Source: an uncultured Gemmatimonadaceae bacterium | Lineage (GTDB): Bacteria > Gemmatimonadota > Gemmatimonadetes > Gemmatimonadales > Gemmatimonadaceae | Assembly (NCBI GenBank): GCA_963781585.1 | Contig: CAWAGQ010000003.1 | Span: forward strand, 224,001-288,000 | DNA: 64,000 nt | Direction of reading: 5' to 3' | Shown: piece after piece, positions 1 to 9,649 of the stretch | Layout of the letters: each line of letters starts with the position of its first letter | Position numbering within the stretch: the first letter of the stretch is position 1 | Position numbers and translations under genes: made by a program | Notes under the pieces: model-generated | Told to the model about the DNA's origin: nothing | Database searches by the model: none | Seen by the model: only the letters and a program-made list of their open reading frames with translations

Positions 1-498
1 CAGGGCCATGGCCGCCTGCGTGGCCAGGGTCCGCGCCGCCGCCAGCGCCTCCGCGTCGAACGCGTCAGGCGACGCGGCATGCGCGCCCACCAGTCCGAGC
101 AGCCGGCGCCCGTGCATTACCGGAACCACCAGCAACGAGGTCGTCTTCGGCACCGTGGGCAGGATCGCGCCGTCCGCCGCGGCCGCCCGCGTGGCCGCCG
201 CCCCCGACAGGGCCACCGCGTCCCCGCCCCGCCCCGCACGAATGATGGCGCCGTCGCCCAGCCGCACATCGCGGGTGGGAAGTTCCACTCCGCCCGACTC
301 CTGATACAGCACCCGTGCCGACAGCCGGTCCAGGTCGGGCTGCACCACGAAGACGCCCTCGCCGCCGGCAGTTGAAGACACGCCGCGTCCCAGCTCGCGC
401 GCGATCTCCGATGCATCGGCGGCCCGGGCCAGCGCCGCGCTCGCCTGTTGCAGCCGGTGGAGCCGCTCCGTGCTCAGGTCAGTCTTCACGTCCGGCAC
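1..498 (-). CDS. GAF-domain protein, N-terminal part only (runs off the window edge); probably a sensor kinase or cyclase
   Basis: Not in the ORF track. My translation from GTG at 498 reads MPDVKTDLSTERLHRLQQASAALARA...SLLVVPVMHGRRLLGLVGAHAASPDAFDAEALAAARTLATQAAMAL, a typical GAF C-terminal pattern. An in-frame TGA lies just upstream. Confidence 0.75.
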   Translation of the reverse strand, partial: MPDVKTDLSTERLHRLQQASAALARAADASEIARELGRGVSSTAGGEGVFVVQPDLDRLSARVLYQESGGVELPTRDVRLGDGAIIRAGRGGDAVALSGAAATRAAAADGAILPTVPKTTSLLVVPVMHGRRLLGLVGAHAASPDAFDAEALAAARTLATQAAMAL

Positions 499-522
499 CT
501 GCGGTCAAGCCTCCCCGATTGC

Positions 523-1404
523 CTACCGTCGCGGCACGAGAAACGTCCCGGCGAGCGGAGCCACCTCGATCACTACCGGGGTGACCGCAACCAGTTCGCC
601 GTCGGCCTGCACGGCTTGCGGAGGTTCGCTCGCGAGACAGAATCGCTTGCCCTTGAGAAATCGCATGCACGGATGCGGCCGGAAATCCTTGCGTACGACG
701 CGCCAGGCGATGCCGAGCACATCCCTGGTGGTCCTCGGGGAGAGGACGCACAAGTCGAGCATTCCGTCATGCGCCGAGATGCCGGGGCCCAGCAGCAGCC
801 GGCCTCCAAAGAGCGATCCCGCGTTCGCCACCATGGCGAGGATCGCCGGGATGCGCACCTCGGTACGGTCCACGACCGCGGTCAGATTGAACTCAGGGCG
901 CCGCAGTGCAGCCGTGCCCGCCGTCAGGAAGTAGGCCAGGACGCCCCACCGCCGCTTGTGGCCTGCGCCGGTGGACGCGATCATCGTTGCATCGATGCCA
1001 AGGCCGGCCGCAAACGCGAAGTACACGCCGTTCTCGAACCGGCCCAGGTCTACACGCCGGCATTCCCCGGCAAGCAGCTCTCGCACGGCGCGTGCCACGC
1101 GCCTGGGGACTCCCAGCGATCCCGCGATGAGGTTTCCCGTACCGCCGGGGAGGACGCCGACCGGGACACCGGTCCCCGCCAGCGCTCCAACCACCTCCAT
1201 GACCGTGCCGTCTCCGCCGAGCACGAAGACGGCATCCCACCCTGCCGCTGCATCCCTGACGGATTCCAGGGCGTGACCGGGCTTCCCCGTCGTGAGCACG
1301 TGGTACGCCACGCCGGCTGTGCGGAAGGCGCCTTCAGCGGTCCGGAGCAGTCGCGCTCCGCGCCGCGAGGCCGGGTTCACCACCAGCAGAGCGCGCGAGA
1401 TCAG
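523..1404 (-). CDS. Diacylglycerol kinase family (YegS/BmrU-like) lipid kinase
   Basis: Motifs VVNPAS, LGGDGTVMEV, LPGGTGN and QADGE. The upstream part of the 523..2301 ORF overlaps tamB and is spurious. Probable start is the CTG overlapping the tamB stop. Confidence 0.9.
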   Translation of the reverse strand: MISRALLVVNPASRRGARLLRTAEGAFRTAGVAYHVLTTGKPGHALESVRDAAAGWDAVFVLGGDGTVMEVVGALAGTGVPVGVLPGGTGNLIAGSLGVPRRVARAVRELLAGECRRVDLGRFENGVYFAFAAGLGIDATMIASTGAGHKRRWGVLAYFLTAGTAALRRPEFNLTAVVDRTEVRIPAILAMVANAGSLFGGRLLLGPGISAHDGMLDLCVLSPRTTRDVLGIAWRVVRKDFRPHPCMRFLKGKRFCLASEPPQAVQADGELVAVTPVVIEVAPLAGTFLVPRR

Positions 1405-4400
1405 TAGCGAAAGACGCGGAAGAGGTCGAATCCCAACTGGCGCACCGAGGTCGAGAATCCCCGCTCGATGCCCTGGCTGCACAACAACGCACTCAGAGAC
1501 GGCTCGACGCTGGCCGACACACCCAGCCCGATGCTCGGGTCGATCTGGTACTCGACCTTCGCGCCAATCGCCTGTGCCAGACTTCCCGGATCGAGCTTCT
1601 GGCTCGACAGCGGGTTGAGCTGCCCCAATTGACAGACGCCGGCCGTCAGAGAAAGGAAAGTCCGATCGTTGAGCTGTTTGCCGATGCCGAGCTGCGCCCC
1701 GGAAAAGTACCCGCCGGCCGACGCCTGCTGCGCGTTTCCGAGCCGCAGCCGATCCGCCGCCGTTTGCACTTCTACGTAATCGAACAGTCCGCCCGAGAGA
1801 CGGGACGAGAGTGCGTTCACCGCCGACCCCAGCACCACTGCGGACAGCTGCGAGTAGTTCTGGCGCAGTCCCCCGCCCACGTCGAAGCTCGGCGTCCGGA
1901 AGACCAGGTAGCTGATCATGTCCGACTGTGAGAGCTGCAGCGAATCCGCGCTCTCCAGCGTGAGTTGGGGACTGTCCAGCGTGCCCTGGATCTTCACGCG
2001 GATACGGATGGTGTTGCGTCCGCCGTACGTGCTGGACGCCAGTCGCTCGGTGTAGAGCGCGCTGATATCGAGCGCGGGATTGAACTCCGGCGTCCCGAAA
2101 AACCGTAGCTGTCCCTGCTCGATGTCGAAGCTCCGCTGCACGATGCCCAGGTTGAGTACGTATCGGCCGCGCTCGGTCTGGAGGGTGCCTTCCAGCCCCA
2201 GTTGTGGCGGGCCGTTCTCGGTGACCGTACGTCCCTTGGTCACGCGTACCGACCCGCCGAGCTTGATGTTCACATCGCCCGAACCGGCCGATCGCAGCCA
2301 CACGTCCGGGCCGATCACCACATCCACGTTGGAGATGGCGAGATTCTTGAGCACCGCCGGGGGTGGCTCGGGGAGGATGTTCAGCCGGGCGAGCGCCAGC
2401 GTGTCGAGTCCGAGGCTCTTCAGATCATCCCGGGAGAGACTGATGAGCTGCTTGTCGCTCGACTCCGGCATGTTCACGGAACCACTATTCACGATCACCG
2501 TGCCGGTCAGTTGCGATCCGCTCATGTGCCCTACCAGGTGCAGCGGAGGCCGCGTGCTGATGTTCAGGTCGGCCAGATGCTTGTTACCGACCGCGTGAAA
2601 ATCGTTCGCGGTCAGCGTCAAGTCGAACGCCGGATCCTTGCCGGCGGACGGCGAGACGACGTGCAGTGGGTCCGTCAAGTAGCCGGCGACGCGGAACATG
2701 TTCGACGGCGAGTCACCGCTTACGATGGAAAAGCGCTCGACACGCACCGTGTCCTGGGCCGCACGCACCACCGCGTTGATGTCGCGGAGGCGGACGCCCG
2801 CCCTGGGAAGCGTGAGCGCTCCTTCGGTCACCGTCACGAGGCCGCTGAGTGCCGTCGAGTCGCCTTTCCCGGTTACGTCCAGGTTCGCCGTGAACTTGCC
2901 CACCGCGTCTCTGACTCCGGAGGTAAAGCTCTCGAGCAACCGCAGGTCCACGTCGCGCGAGGCAACCCTTACTCGGAGAGTGTCGTCTCGCATCCGGCCG
3001 CGGCGGTCGATGGGGAGATTGTAGGCGACCTCGGCCACCACCGTGTCCTGTTCGGCGAGCAGGACACCTCCCAGGAGCCGTTCGTCCTGATAGTGCCCGT
3101 TCACGCTGACGCGCGGGAGCTTCACGTCGCCCACCTCGGCGCCTTGCACGCGAGCCGCGAGCTGCAGCTCCGGTGCCTGGCGCGTACCCGTCAGGTCCAC
3201 CTCCCCGGTCAGCGTGCCACCAAGCGGAACGCGCGCCTGCATGAGATCGGCCAGGTCTCGCAGATGTATCGAATCCACGCGCAGCACCGCCAGCATGTCG
3301 CCCGAATCAGGGAGGCTCCCCGCCAGCGTGATTCGTTCCGCTTTCTGACTCTCCAGTACGAGCGTGTCGATCACAATGTGGTGCCGCTCGACGCGCACAC
3401 TGGCCGGCCGGGCGAGGGTGAAGCCGTGGTCCAGCATCGTCACGTCCAGCGACCGGATCCGTACCGTGGTAGTGTCGCTGGCGAAGGCCAGATCTCCCGC
3501 CGACGCCACAGACGTCCCGTTGGCCGCGTTGGCCAGCAACGAGAAGTCACCGCTCAGCGAATCGGCGAAGTGCACGGTGATTCCCGCGTCCCTGAGCGCG
3601 ACTCCCGACACGTTCATTGCCTCGCCCGACACGTCCAGGCTCCCCACAGGTGAGGTAGTGAGGTTGCGCAGCTCCACGCCGGCACGCACGTCGCGAGCGG
3701 CCACTCCCATCGCCGACACGCCCGCCGCGTCGATCGTGGCCAGCACCCCCAGGGAATCGATGGAACCCTTGAGAAAGCCCTGACCGGAAACGATCCCCCG
3801 GAGCGAGTCGGCCACGGCCGCCGGTGGGGCGCCGCCGGCAGGGGGCATCGCGCCCAGCAGGCGCCGGAAGCCCCCCAGCGAATCAGCGTTGATGGTGAAC
3901 TGCAGAGAGTCCCCCATGGTCCGGTCGAGTCCGAGCGCGCCCGAGGCGGCCAGCGTGGCTGCGACCGTCTCCGCGAACAGCGTGTCGACGAACACCTTCC
4001 GGTTTGCGAAGCGCAGCCGCGCCCGGGAGGTGGGGAACACGCGAATGCTGTCGAAAAGCGACCGTTCCATCTCGATGGTCGCCGACCCCGTCAACGTTGT
4101 CAGCGAATCGCCCGACAGGCGGATCGTGGCGCTCCCCGTCAGAACCGTGTTCGGCGTCACCGCCGTATCAAGCAGCGTTCGCAGGTTGAGCCCTGCCACG
4201 CGCAGGGTCCCGTCGAACCCGTACCCACCCACGGAGTCGGCGTCCACCCGTCCGTCATAGGCCAACATGCCCGCCGTTCCACGCAGCTCCGTGTTGAGCG
4301 AGAAGTCGGGCAGCGACCCCTCGATCCTGATGGGACCCTCGTATTCTCCGGTCAGCGGAATGTGCGAGGTCTTGTAGGCTGGGGCGAAGCTCGCGAACGA

Positions 4401-5981
4401 GAGCGGCGCCACGTTGAGTGCCAGATCGTAATGGAGCGTATCGCCGAACGTCACGCGCCCCGCCCCCGTCAGGTGCGACGGTGGGGCAGCGCCGTAGGTG
4501 TGCGTGATGTTGGCATCGCGGAAGCGCAGGTCGAGGAGCGAGGAGTCGAGCGTGGCCTGCCCGCTGACGAGGCCGTCCAGACGCGGAAAGCCCGTGTTCA
4601 GGTACTGGAGCGTGCGCAGGTCGAGCTGGGAGAGCGCCAGATGAAAGCCCAGGAAGACGGTCTCCGACGGCTTGAGGATGTTCAGCAGTCCGTTGCCGCG
4701 CGCGTAGGTCACCGCGCCCGGAACGTTCTCGTCCCGGTAGATGATGTCGGCCGAATCGACGCGAAACCGGTTCAGCGGGCCGCCGGCCCCTCTTACCGTT
4801 CCTGTGAGTGTGCCGCGAAACGGGTATGGCAGGGGCTCACCGCTGAGCGCCTCGATAAGGCGAAAATCGACCGGATCGGCGTTGATGTTCACGTCCTTCA
4901 GAATCGTGATCGGAGCGCCCACACCGAACGTCATGGTGCCCCGCAGGCGGGATGCCGTGGTTCGTACGTCCATGTTGCGCAGCACGTAGTCCACCACTGC
5001 GGGGTCCTTCTGACTCCGCATCAGCAGCGTCATCCGGCCGCGGCCCTCCTTGGGCAGGGTCGGGTAGACCCACGCCACGTCACCGAGCGTGACCGAGTCC
5101 CCCACGACCGTGACGTCGTATCGTACGGGCACTCCGCCTCCCCACCACAGCTTGCCCTTGGCGTTGCCGGCGGATCCAGGCAGGTCGAAATGGGGCAGAT
5201 CGAGCCACAGGGAATCGGACTTCAGCAGCACCGTGCCGCGCACGTTTCTGAAACGGAACGGTGGGTCCGACTCGTTCGCGTTGAGGGAGGCGATGTGGAT
5301 CGCGCGGCCTCCTGGTCCCCGATCGTCCAGCCGAGCCGAGTCGACAGTCAAGCCGGCGTTCACCCAGTGCATGACCTTCACGAAGCCGCCCGGGACGCGG
5401 CGAATCTCCTTGTCCGTGCGCTTCAGGCTGTAGGCAACGGCGCTGTCGCGCCGGGCGCCATGCAGGGAGTCGTCGGGTTGCCACGGCTCCGTGACCTGCA
5501 CGGTCAGATTCGTCAGGCGCACGTTGTGCAGGGCGATGTAGTCGCCCCAACGGCCGGCCGGCTGCGGCAGCGTCGATTGGCCGGATGGGAAGATCTTCCG
5601 GAAGTTCGAATTGCCGCTCGAATCGATCCAGATGCGGACGGTGGGATTGGCCAGCGTGACCCGCGTCAGCACGATTCGCTTGTCGAGCAGGTCGCGGGCG
5701 TCGAAGTCCACGGCGATCTGGCCGGTACGCACGAACAGCGAGTCGTCGGTGCCCCGGATCTCCGCCGAATCGATGATCACGCTGGTGAGCAGCGTGCCGT
5801 GCATCGACCCGAGATACACGGTGCCGTGGACTGCCCCGCGGATTTCGCGCATCACGAGCGCGCGGATGCGCGCGCGGCCGAAGTCGGTGCGCGTGAGAAC
5901 TGCCAGCGCCACGATCAGGAGCGCGAACAGGCCAAGCAGGCTCCCCGCTGACGCGAGCACGACGGTCCGGCGTCGAATCAC
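1401..5981 (-). CDS. tamB: Translocation and assembly module TamB (AsmA-like)
   Basis: 1526 aa, N-terminal TM anchor, beta-rich, C-terminal DUF490-like region (FNPALDISA...IQGTLDSPQLTLES...LGIGKQL). Adjacent to an Omp85 gene. Confidence 0.88.
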   Translation of the reverse strand: MIRRRTVVLASAGSLLGLFALLIVALAVLTRTDFGRARIRALVMREIRGAVHGTVYLGSMHGTLLTSVIIDSAEIRGTDDSLFVRTGQIAVDFDARDLLDKRIVLTRVTLANPTVRIWIDSSGNSNFRKIFPSGQSTLPQPAGRWGDYIALHNVRLTNLTVQVTEPWQPDDSLHGARRDSAVAYSLKRTDKEIRRVPGGFVKVMHWVNAGLTVDSARLDDRGPGGRAIHIASLNANESDPPFRFRNVRGTVLLKSDSLWLDLPHFDLPGSAGNAKGKLWWGGGVPVRYDVTVVGDSVTLGDVAWVYPTLPKEGRGRMTLLMRSQKDPAVVDYVLRNMDVRTTASRLRGTMTFGVGAPITILKDVNINADPVDFRLIEALSGEPLPYPFRGTLTGTVRGAGGPLNRFRVDSADIIYRDENVPGAVTYARGNGLLNILKPSETVFLGFHLALSQLDLRTLQYLNTGFPRLDGLVSGQATLDSSLLDLRFRDANITHTYGAAPPSHLTGAGRVTFGDTLHYDLALNVAPLSFASFAPAYKTSHIPLTGEYEGPIRIEGSLPDFSLNTELRGTAGMLAYDGRVDADSVGGYGFDGTLRVAGLNLRTLLDTAVTPNTVLTGSATIRLSGDSLTTLTGSATIEMERSLFDSIRVFPTSRARLRFANRKVFVDTLFAETVAATLAASGALGLDRTMGDSLQFTINADSLGGFRRLLGAMPPAGGAPPAAVADSLRGIVSGQGFLKGSIDSLGVLATIDAAGVSAMGVAARDVRAGVELRNLTTSPVGSLDVSGEAMNVSGVALRDAGITVHFADSLSGDFSLLANAANGTSVASAGDLAFASDTTTVRIRSLDVTMLDHGFTLARPASVRVERHHIVIDTLVLESQKAERITLAGSLPDSGDMLAVLRVDSIHLRDLADLMQARVPLGGTLTGEVDLTGTRQAPELQLAARVQGAEVGDVKLPRVSVNGHYQDERLLGGVLLAEQDTVVAEVAYNLPIDRRGRMRDDTLRVRVASRDVDLRLLESFTSGVRDAVGKFTANLDVTGKGDSTALSGLVTVTEGALTLPRAGVRLRDINAVVRAAQDTVRVERFSIVSGDSPSNMFRVAGYLTDPLHVVSPSAGKDPAFDLTLTANDFHAVGNKHLADLNISTRPPLHLVGHMSGSQLTGTVIVNSGSVNMPESSDKQLISLSRDDLKSLGLDTLALARLNILPEPPPAVLKNLAISNVDVVIGPDVWLRSAGSGDVNIKLGGSVRVTKGRTVTENGPPQLGLEGTLQTERGRYVLNLGIVQRSFDIEQGQLRFFGTPEFNPALDISALYTERLASSTYGGRNTIRIRVKIQGTLDSPQLTLESADSLQLSQSDMISYLVFRTPSFDVGGGLRQNYSQLSAVVLGSAVNALSSRLSGGLFDYVEVQTAADRLRLGNAQQASAGGYFSGAQLGIGKQLNDRTFLSLTAGVCQLGQLNPLSSQKLDPGSLAQAIGAKVEYQIDPSIGLGVSASVEPSLSALLCSQGIERGFSTSVRQLGFDLFRVFRY

Positions 5982-5984
5982 GGC

Positions 5985-8243
5985 TCAGAAGGGCTGGCCA
6001 ATGGAAAACTGGAACGTCAGGCGACTGAGGAAGCTCGTCTTGGTCGCCGGAGCGTAGGTGGCCGGACAGTCAGTCTGATCGATTTGTCGCGGCGGCGTGG
6101 TCTCGTCGCCGAGGCGAACCCGCAGCGTATTCCCCGGACTGACGCAGATGAGTCGCACGTCGCCGCTGGTGGAGTAGGACCCGGTCGCGAGGGGATTGTA
6201 GTAGGCCGGACCGCTGGGTCGCGCATAGGGATTGTAGCCCACGTCCACGCGCAACGGCCCGATCGACGAGAAGTATCGAGCGCCGACTCCCGGTGTTACC
6301 CGGAACTTCTGGAAACTGATGCCGGTCCCCTTCCGTCCGCGGTTCCACACCTGGCCACCATCCACGAACATCGCGAGCTGCAATACGTCGGGCAGAACGA
6401 AACTGGGAAGCCGCAGCTCTACGTTGGCCACAACGGCGTTGTCGCCCCCGGTGGGCACCACCAGCTGACTGGTCTTGTCCGGAACCGCCTGCATGAACAC
6501 CAGCGTGTCGTTTCCGGGAATGGGGATCGTATCGATCTTCTCGGGAATGTAGATGGAGGGGCCCAATTCGTTCTGTCGGTAGCCCCGCACCGTGGTGGGG
6601 CCTCCACCGTAGAGGCGCTGTTCGAGTGGGACGAAGGTGGGACTTCCTGAGAAGCTGAGGCGCTGTCCGAGGACGACCCCGTATCGGAAGCGCAGCGCCA
6701 GCGCGCCACCGAGCGCCGGCCGATACAGCGACGCGTCCACCACCAGGCGATTGAACGCGACGTCAGGCGACGAGCCAACGAGGCTCGAGGAGTGTCGAAC
6801 TTCGAGCCGCATGACCGAGCCACGGGTTGGGCTCACGATGCTGTTGGATTCATTTCTGGTTCCGGTCCAGCCGAGTACCGCGGAACGCGTCTGCCGTTCC
6901 AGCCGTTCGCGCGCCGCGTCCTCGCACACGTTGAACACGCCGCAGAAGAACGCGGCCTGGGCCACCGTCCGGCCGTACTCGAGCTGGTACGAGTAGATCT
7001 TCGGAAACGTGCCGTTGGCGTCCTGCGTGAGCGATCCAATGAGACCGAACGGCGTGTCGCGCAGAAACGCCTCGAATTCCGAACGACGCTCACTGTACAC
7101 GGTGAGTGACGGCACGTACGGAAGACGGAACAGCGCCGCCTGCGAAATCGTTGTGGCGGCGTAGTAGTTGAGTGTGTCGCTGAGCGGATCGCCACGCACC
7201 GTGCTGGTACAGAGCCCGAACTTGGACACGCGGCCGTTGAGATCCAGCCGACGCAGCCGGCCAAGCAGCGCATAGTTCGAGAATGACCCCTGCGTGCGGA
7301 GACAATCCAGGCTCCCCCATCCGATCGAGACGCGCGCCGCGTGGAGGTCCGCCTCGAGCAGTCGCACGTCGATCGAGACAAGGGAGTCGGCCGGATCCGT
7401 GAGGCTCCCCGAGTCGATCTGAATGCCCACGTTCTGAAACGCCTGGCTGAGGTACAGTCCGCGCTGGACCGTCTCCAGGTTGCTCTCGTTGTACAACTGC
7501 CCCTCGCGCACACCCAGCACCGCCCGCACGGCCTCCGGCTTGAGGGTGGTGTGGACGCTGTCGCGGGGTCCGCTGCCCGGTGCGTGCAGGCGCTCAACGT
7601 GGATGGCAATTGCACCGATCCGCATGCGGGGGCCGGGCATGACCTGGAAAGCAACCCGCGCGGTATGTTGCGCCGTGTCGGTGTCGAAGTCCCGCAGCAC
7701 GTCGGCGATCGGATAGCCGCGGTCCCGCAGCCGCCGTACGAGCGTGTCGCGCATCGACGACACCACCAACTGGTCGAAGCGGTCTCCTTTGTTCAGCGGG
7801 AGCCCGCGCAACACACGGCTCCGCTCGGGAAGGCTGTCGAGCCCCGCGATCGTCAGACTGTCCACCACCGTGGGGCGCCCTTCGGCGATCGTGAATCGGA
7901 CCTGTGCTGCATCGTCGCCCTGCAGGGCGATGCTCGATCCCACCGCGACATCGGAGAATCCGTGCTGGCGATAGAACACGATCAGCCGCAGAGAGTCCTG
8001 CCGTACCGCCAGGGAATCGAGGCAATAGCGCTGCCCGATGATGTGCAGATGTCGCCGCGCCCAGGAGTCCTGCGTCGTCAGGATGCGATTGGCCAGTTCA
8101 TCGTCGCGGAACGTCTGATTACCGGTGAACAGCACCTGTCGCACTTCGCGGTCACCGGGGTCACACGTCACCTCCTGTGCCACCACCGGCCGAATCGCGA
8201 CGAACAGGGCCGCGCCCGCCGCGAGCCGCCACCATCTGGTCAC
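5985..8243 (-). CDS. Omp85 family (TamA/BamA-like) outer membrane protein with POTRA domains
   Basis: Signal peptide, POTRA-like repeats, YGGGPTTVRGY motif, GPLRVDVGY, C-terminal FSIGQPF. Start placed at GTG 8243 just after the upstream stop. Confidence 0.9.
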   Translation of the reverse strand: MTRWWRLAAGAALFVAIRPVVAQEVTCDPGDREVRQVLFTGNQTFRDDELANRILTTQDSWARRHLHIIGQRYCLDSLAVRQDSLRLIVFYRQHGFSDVAVGSSIALQGDDAAQVRFTIAEGRPTVVDSLTIAGLDSLPERSRVLRGLPLNKGDRFDQLVVSSMRDTLVRRLRDRGYPIADVLRDFDTDTAQHTARVAFQVMPGPRMRIGAIAIHVERLHAPGSGPRDSVHTTLKPEAVRAVLGVREGQLYNESNLETVQRGLYLSQAFQNVGIQIDSGSLTDPADSLVSIDVRLLEADLHAARVSIGWGSLDCLRTQGSFSNYALLGRLRRLDLNGRVSKFGLCTSTVRGDPLSDTLNYYAATTISQAALFRLPYVPSLTVYSERRSEFEAFLRDTPFGLIGSLTQDANGTFPKIYSYQLEYGRTVAQAAFFCGVFNVCEDAARERLERQTRSAVLGWTGTRNESNSIVSPTRGSVMRLEVRHSSSLVGSSPDVAFNRLVVDASLYRPALGGALALRFRYGVVLGQRLSFSGSPTFVPLEQRLYGGGPTTVRGYRQNELGPSIYIPEKIDTIPIPGNDTLVFMQAVPDKTSQLVVPTGGDNAVVANVELRLPSFVLPDVLQLAMFVDGGQVWNRGRKGTGISFQKFRVTPGVGARYFSSIGPLRVDVGYNPYARPSGPAYYNPLATGSYSTSGDVRLICVSPGNTLRVRLGDETTPPRQIDQTDCPATYAPATKTSFLSRLTFQFSIGQPF

Positions 8244-8244
8244 G

Positions 8245-9171
8245 TCAGGCGATCTCGACGAGCATCGTGCCCGGACCACGCTGCTTGGCCCGCCGCTTCA
8301 CATCGGCGGCTCGCATGCCCAGATGGGCCAGGTTCACCCACGCCTCCGGATGCACCAGGAGTACGGCCGCCGAGATGCGCGCCAGGGGGAACCGCCGCAC
8401 CTGCCCCTCCCGATCGACGCCGGTGAACGATCCCGCGCGACGCGCCTCTTCCCCCACGGCTTGTTCGATCACCTCGCGACACCGTGTGGCACATTCGGTC
8501 ACGAAGCCCTCGGCCCGGGCCGGCGCCGTGAGAATGATGAAGTCGTCGCCTCCGATGTGGCCCACGAAGTCCTTCTCCTCCGCCCGCCCCACCGCCGAGG
8601 CGCTTTCGCGCATCGCGGCGCCCAGTCCGCGGATCACTTCGTCAGCGATGGCGAATCCGAAGGTGTCGGCAAACGGCTTGAAGTAGTCGAGATCCAGGTA
8701 GCACACTGCGAACGATTCCCGGCGGTCGATTCGCGAGGTGATCTCGCGATCGATTGCGCGCCCGCCCGGCAGCCCACTGGTCGGATTGCGGTCGCTCTCC
8801 CGCTGCACCAGACGCAACAGCGCCTGGACCCGCGCCCGGAGCTCCCGCGGGTCGAACGGCTTGGCGAGATAGTCATCGGCCCCGGCCGCGAATCCTTCCA
8901 CCTTGCTCTCGACCGCGCTCTGCGCAGTCAGCATCAGGACCGGAATGCGCGAGGTGAAGGGATTCTGCTTGATGCGGCGACAGACTTCGAACCCGTTCAT
9001 CCCCGGCATCGCGTGATCGAGGATAACGAGGTCCGGCTCGCGTTCCTGAATCCCCGTCAGCACGCTCAGCCCATCCTCGACGAGCGCGACGTCGTGCCCG
9101 AGGGAGCGGAACAGGTCCCGCAACATCAGGCGCATCTCTTCGTTGTCGTCCGCCAGCAGCAAGTAACTCAC
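8245..9171 (-). CDS. Response regulator receiver + GGDEF-family domain (GGDDF variant)
   Basis: LLADD...VILDHAMPGMNG...YLAKPF receiver, followed by NPTSGLPG, DLDYFKPFAD and GHIGGDDF. Confidence 0.9.
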   Translation of the reverse strand: MSYLLLADDNEEMRLMLRDLFRSLGHDVALVEDGLSVLTGIQEREPDLVILDHAMPGMNGFEVCRRIKQNPFTSRIPVLMLTAQSAVESKVEGFAAGADDYLAKPFDPRELRARVQALLRLVQRESDRNPTSGLPGGRAIDREITSRIDRRESFAVCYLDLDYFKPFADTFGFAIADEVIRGLGAAMRESASAVGRAEEKDFVGHIGGDDFIILTAPARAEGFVTECATRCREVIEQAVGEEARRAGSFTGVDREGQVRRFPLARISAAVLLVHPEAWVNLAHLGMRAADVKRRAKQRGPGTMLVEIA

Positions 9172-9324
9172 AATTCGACAGTAAGTTGCGCGTTCGTTTT
9201 GACTCCTCCAACCGGGGTTGGATAAGTTCACCGGCCTTCACGCTTCGTGTCAACGTCAAGCGGCGGATTGAAGCGCACTTAGGCCACCGCTGCCTCCGGC
9301 CCACACCCCCTTCGGGATCGCACC

Positions 9325-9624
9325 ATGACTCTCGACGAGTACCAGCGCCAGGCGAGCCGCACGCTCAATCCCCGACTGGACGAAAGTGAACGGCTGGTCG
9401 ACGCCGCGGCCGGACTCGCCGAGGAGGCAGGCGAAGTGCTCGCGCACGTGCGCAAGCATCGTTTTCAGGATCGTCCCCTCGACCGCGACCGCGTTCGCGA
9501 GGAACTGGGTGATGCCCTCTGGTGCCTGGCCGCCACCGCGGGCGCCCTCGACATGTCGTTAGGCGAGGTGGCCGCGGACAATCTGCGAAAGATCGCCCGG
9601 CGGGCGCACGACAACGGCCCCTGA
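9325..9624 (+). CDS. MazG-like nucleotide pyrophosphohydrolase
   Basis: YQRQASRT, GLAEEAGEV, EELGDALW and NLRKI motifs. Confidence 0.88.
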   Translation: MTLDEYQRQASRTLNPRLDESERLVDAAAGLAEEAGEVLAHVRKHRFQDRPLDRDRVREELGDALWCLAATAGALDMSLGEVAADNLRKIARRAHDNGP

Positions 9625-9649
9625 CCGTCGGACTCTTCCCTCCCGGCCT

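Noticed and set aside
1405..2301. N-terminal extension of the 592-aa lipid kinase ORF
   Set aside because: It overlaps tamB on the same strand in another frame and has low-complexity Arg/Ala/Gly composition.
2202..5951. Long + strand ORFs (2202..3653, 4362..5951) and similar antisense ORFs elsewhere (9465..11522, 16470..18602, 34944..36338, 61564..63309)
   Set aside because: Shadow ORFs caused by high-GC codon bias opposite well-supported genes.
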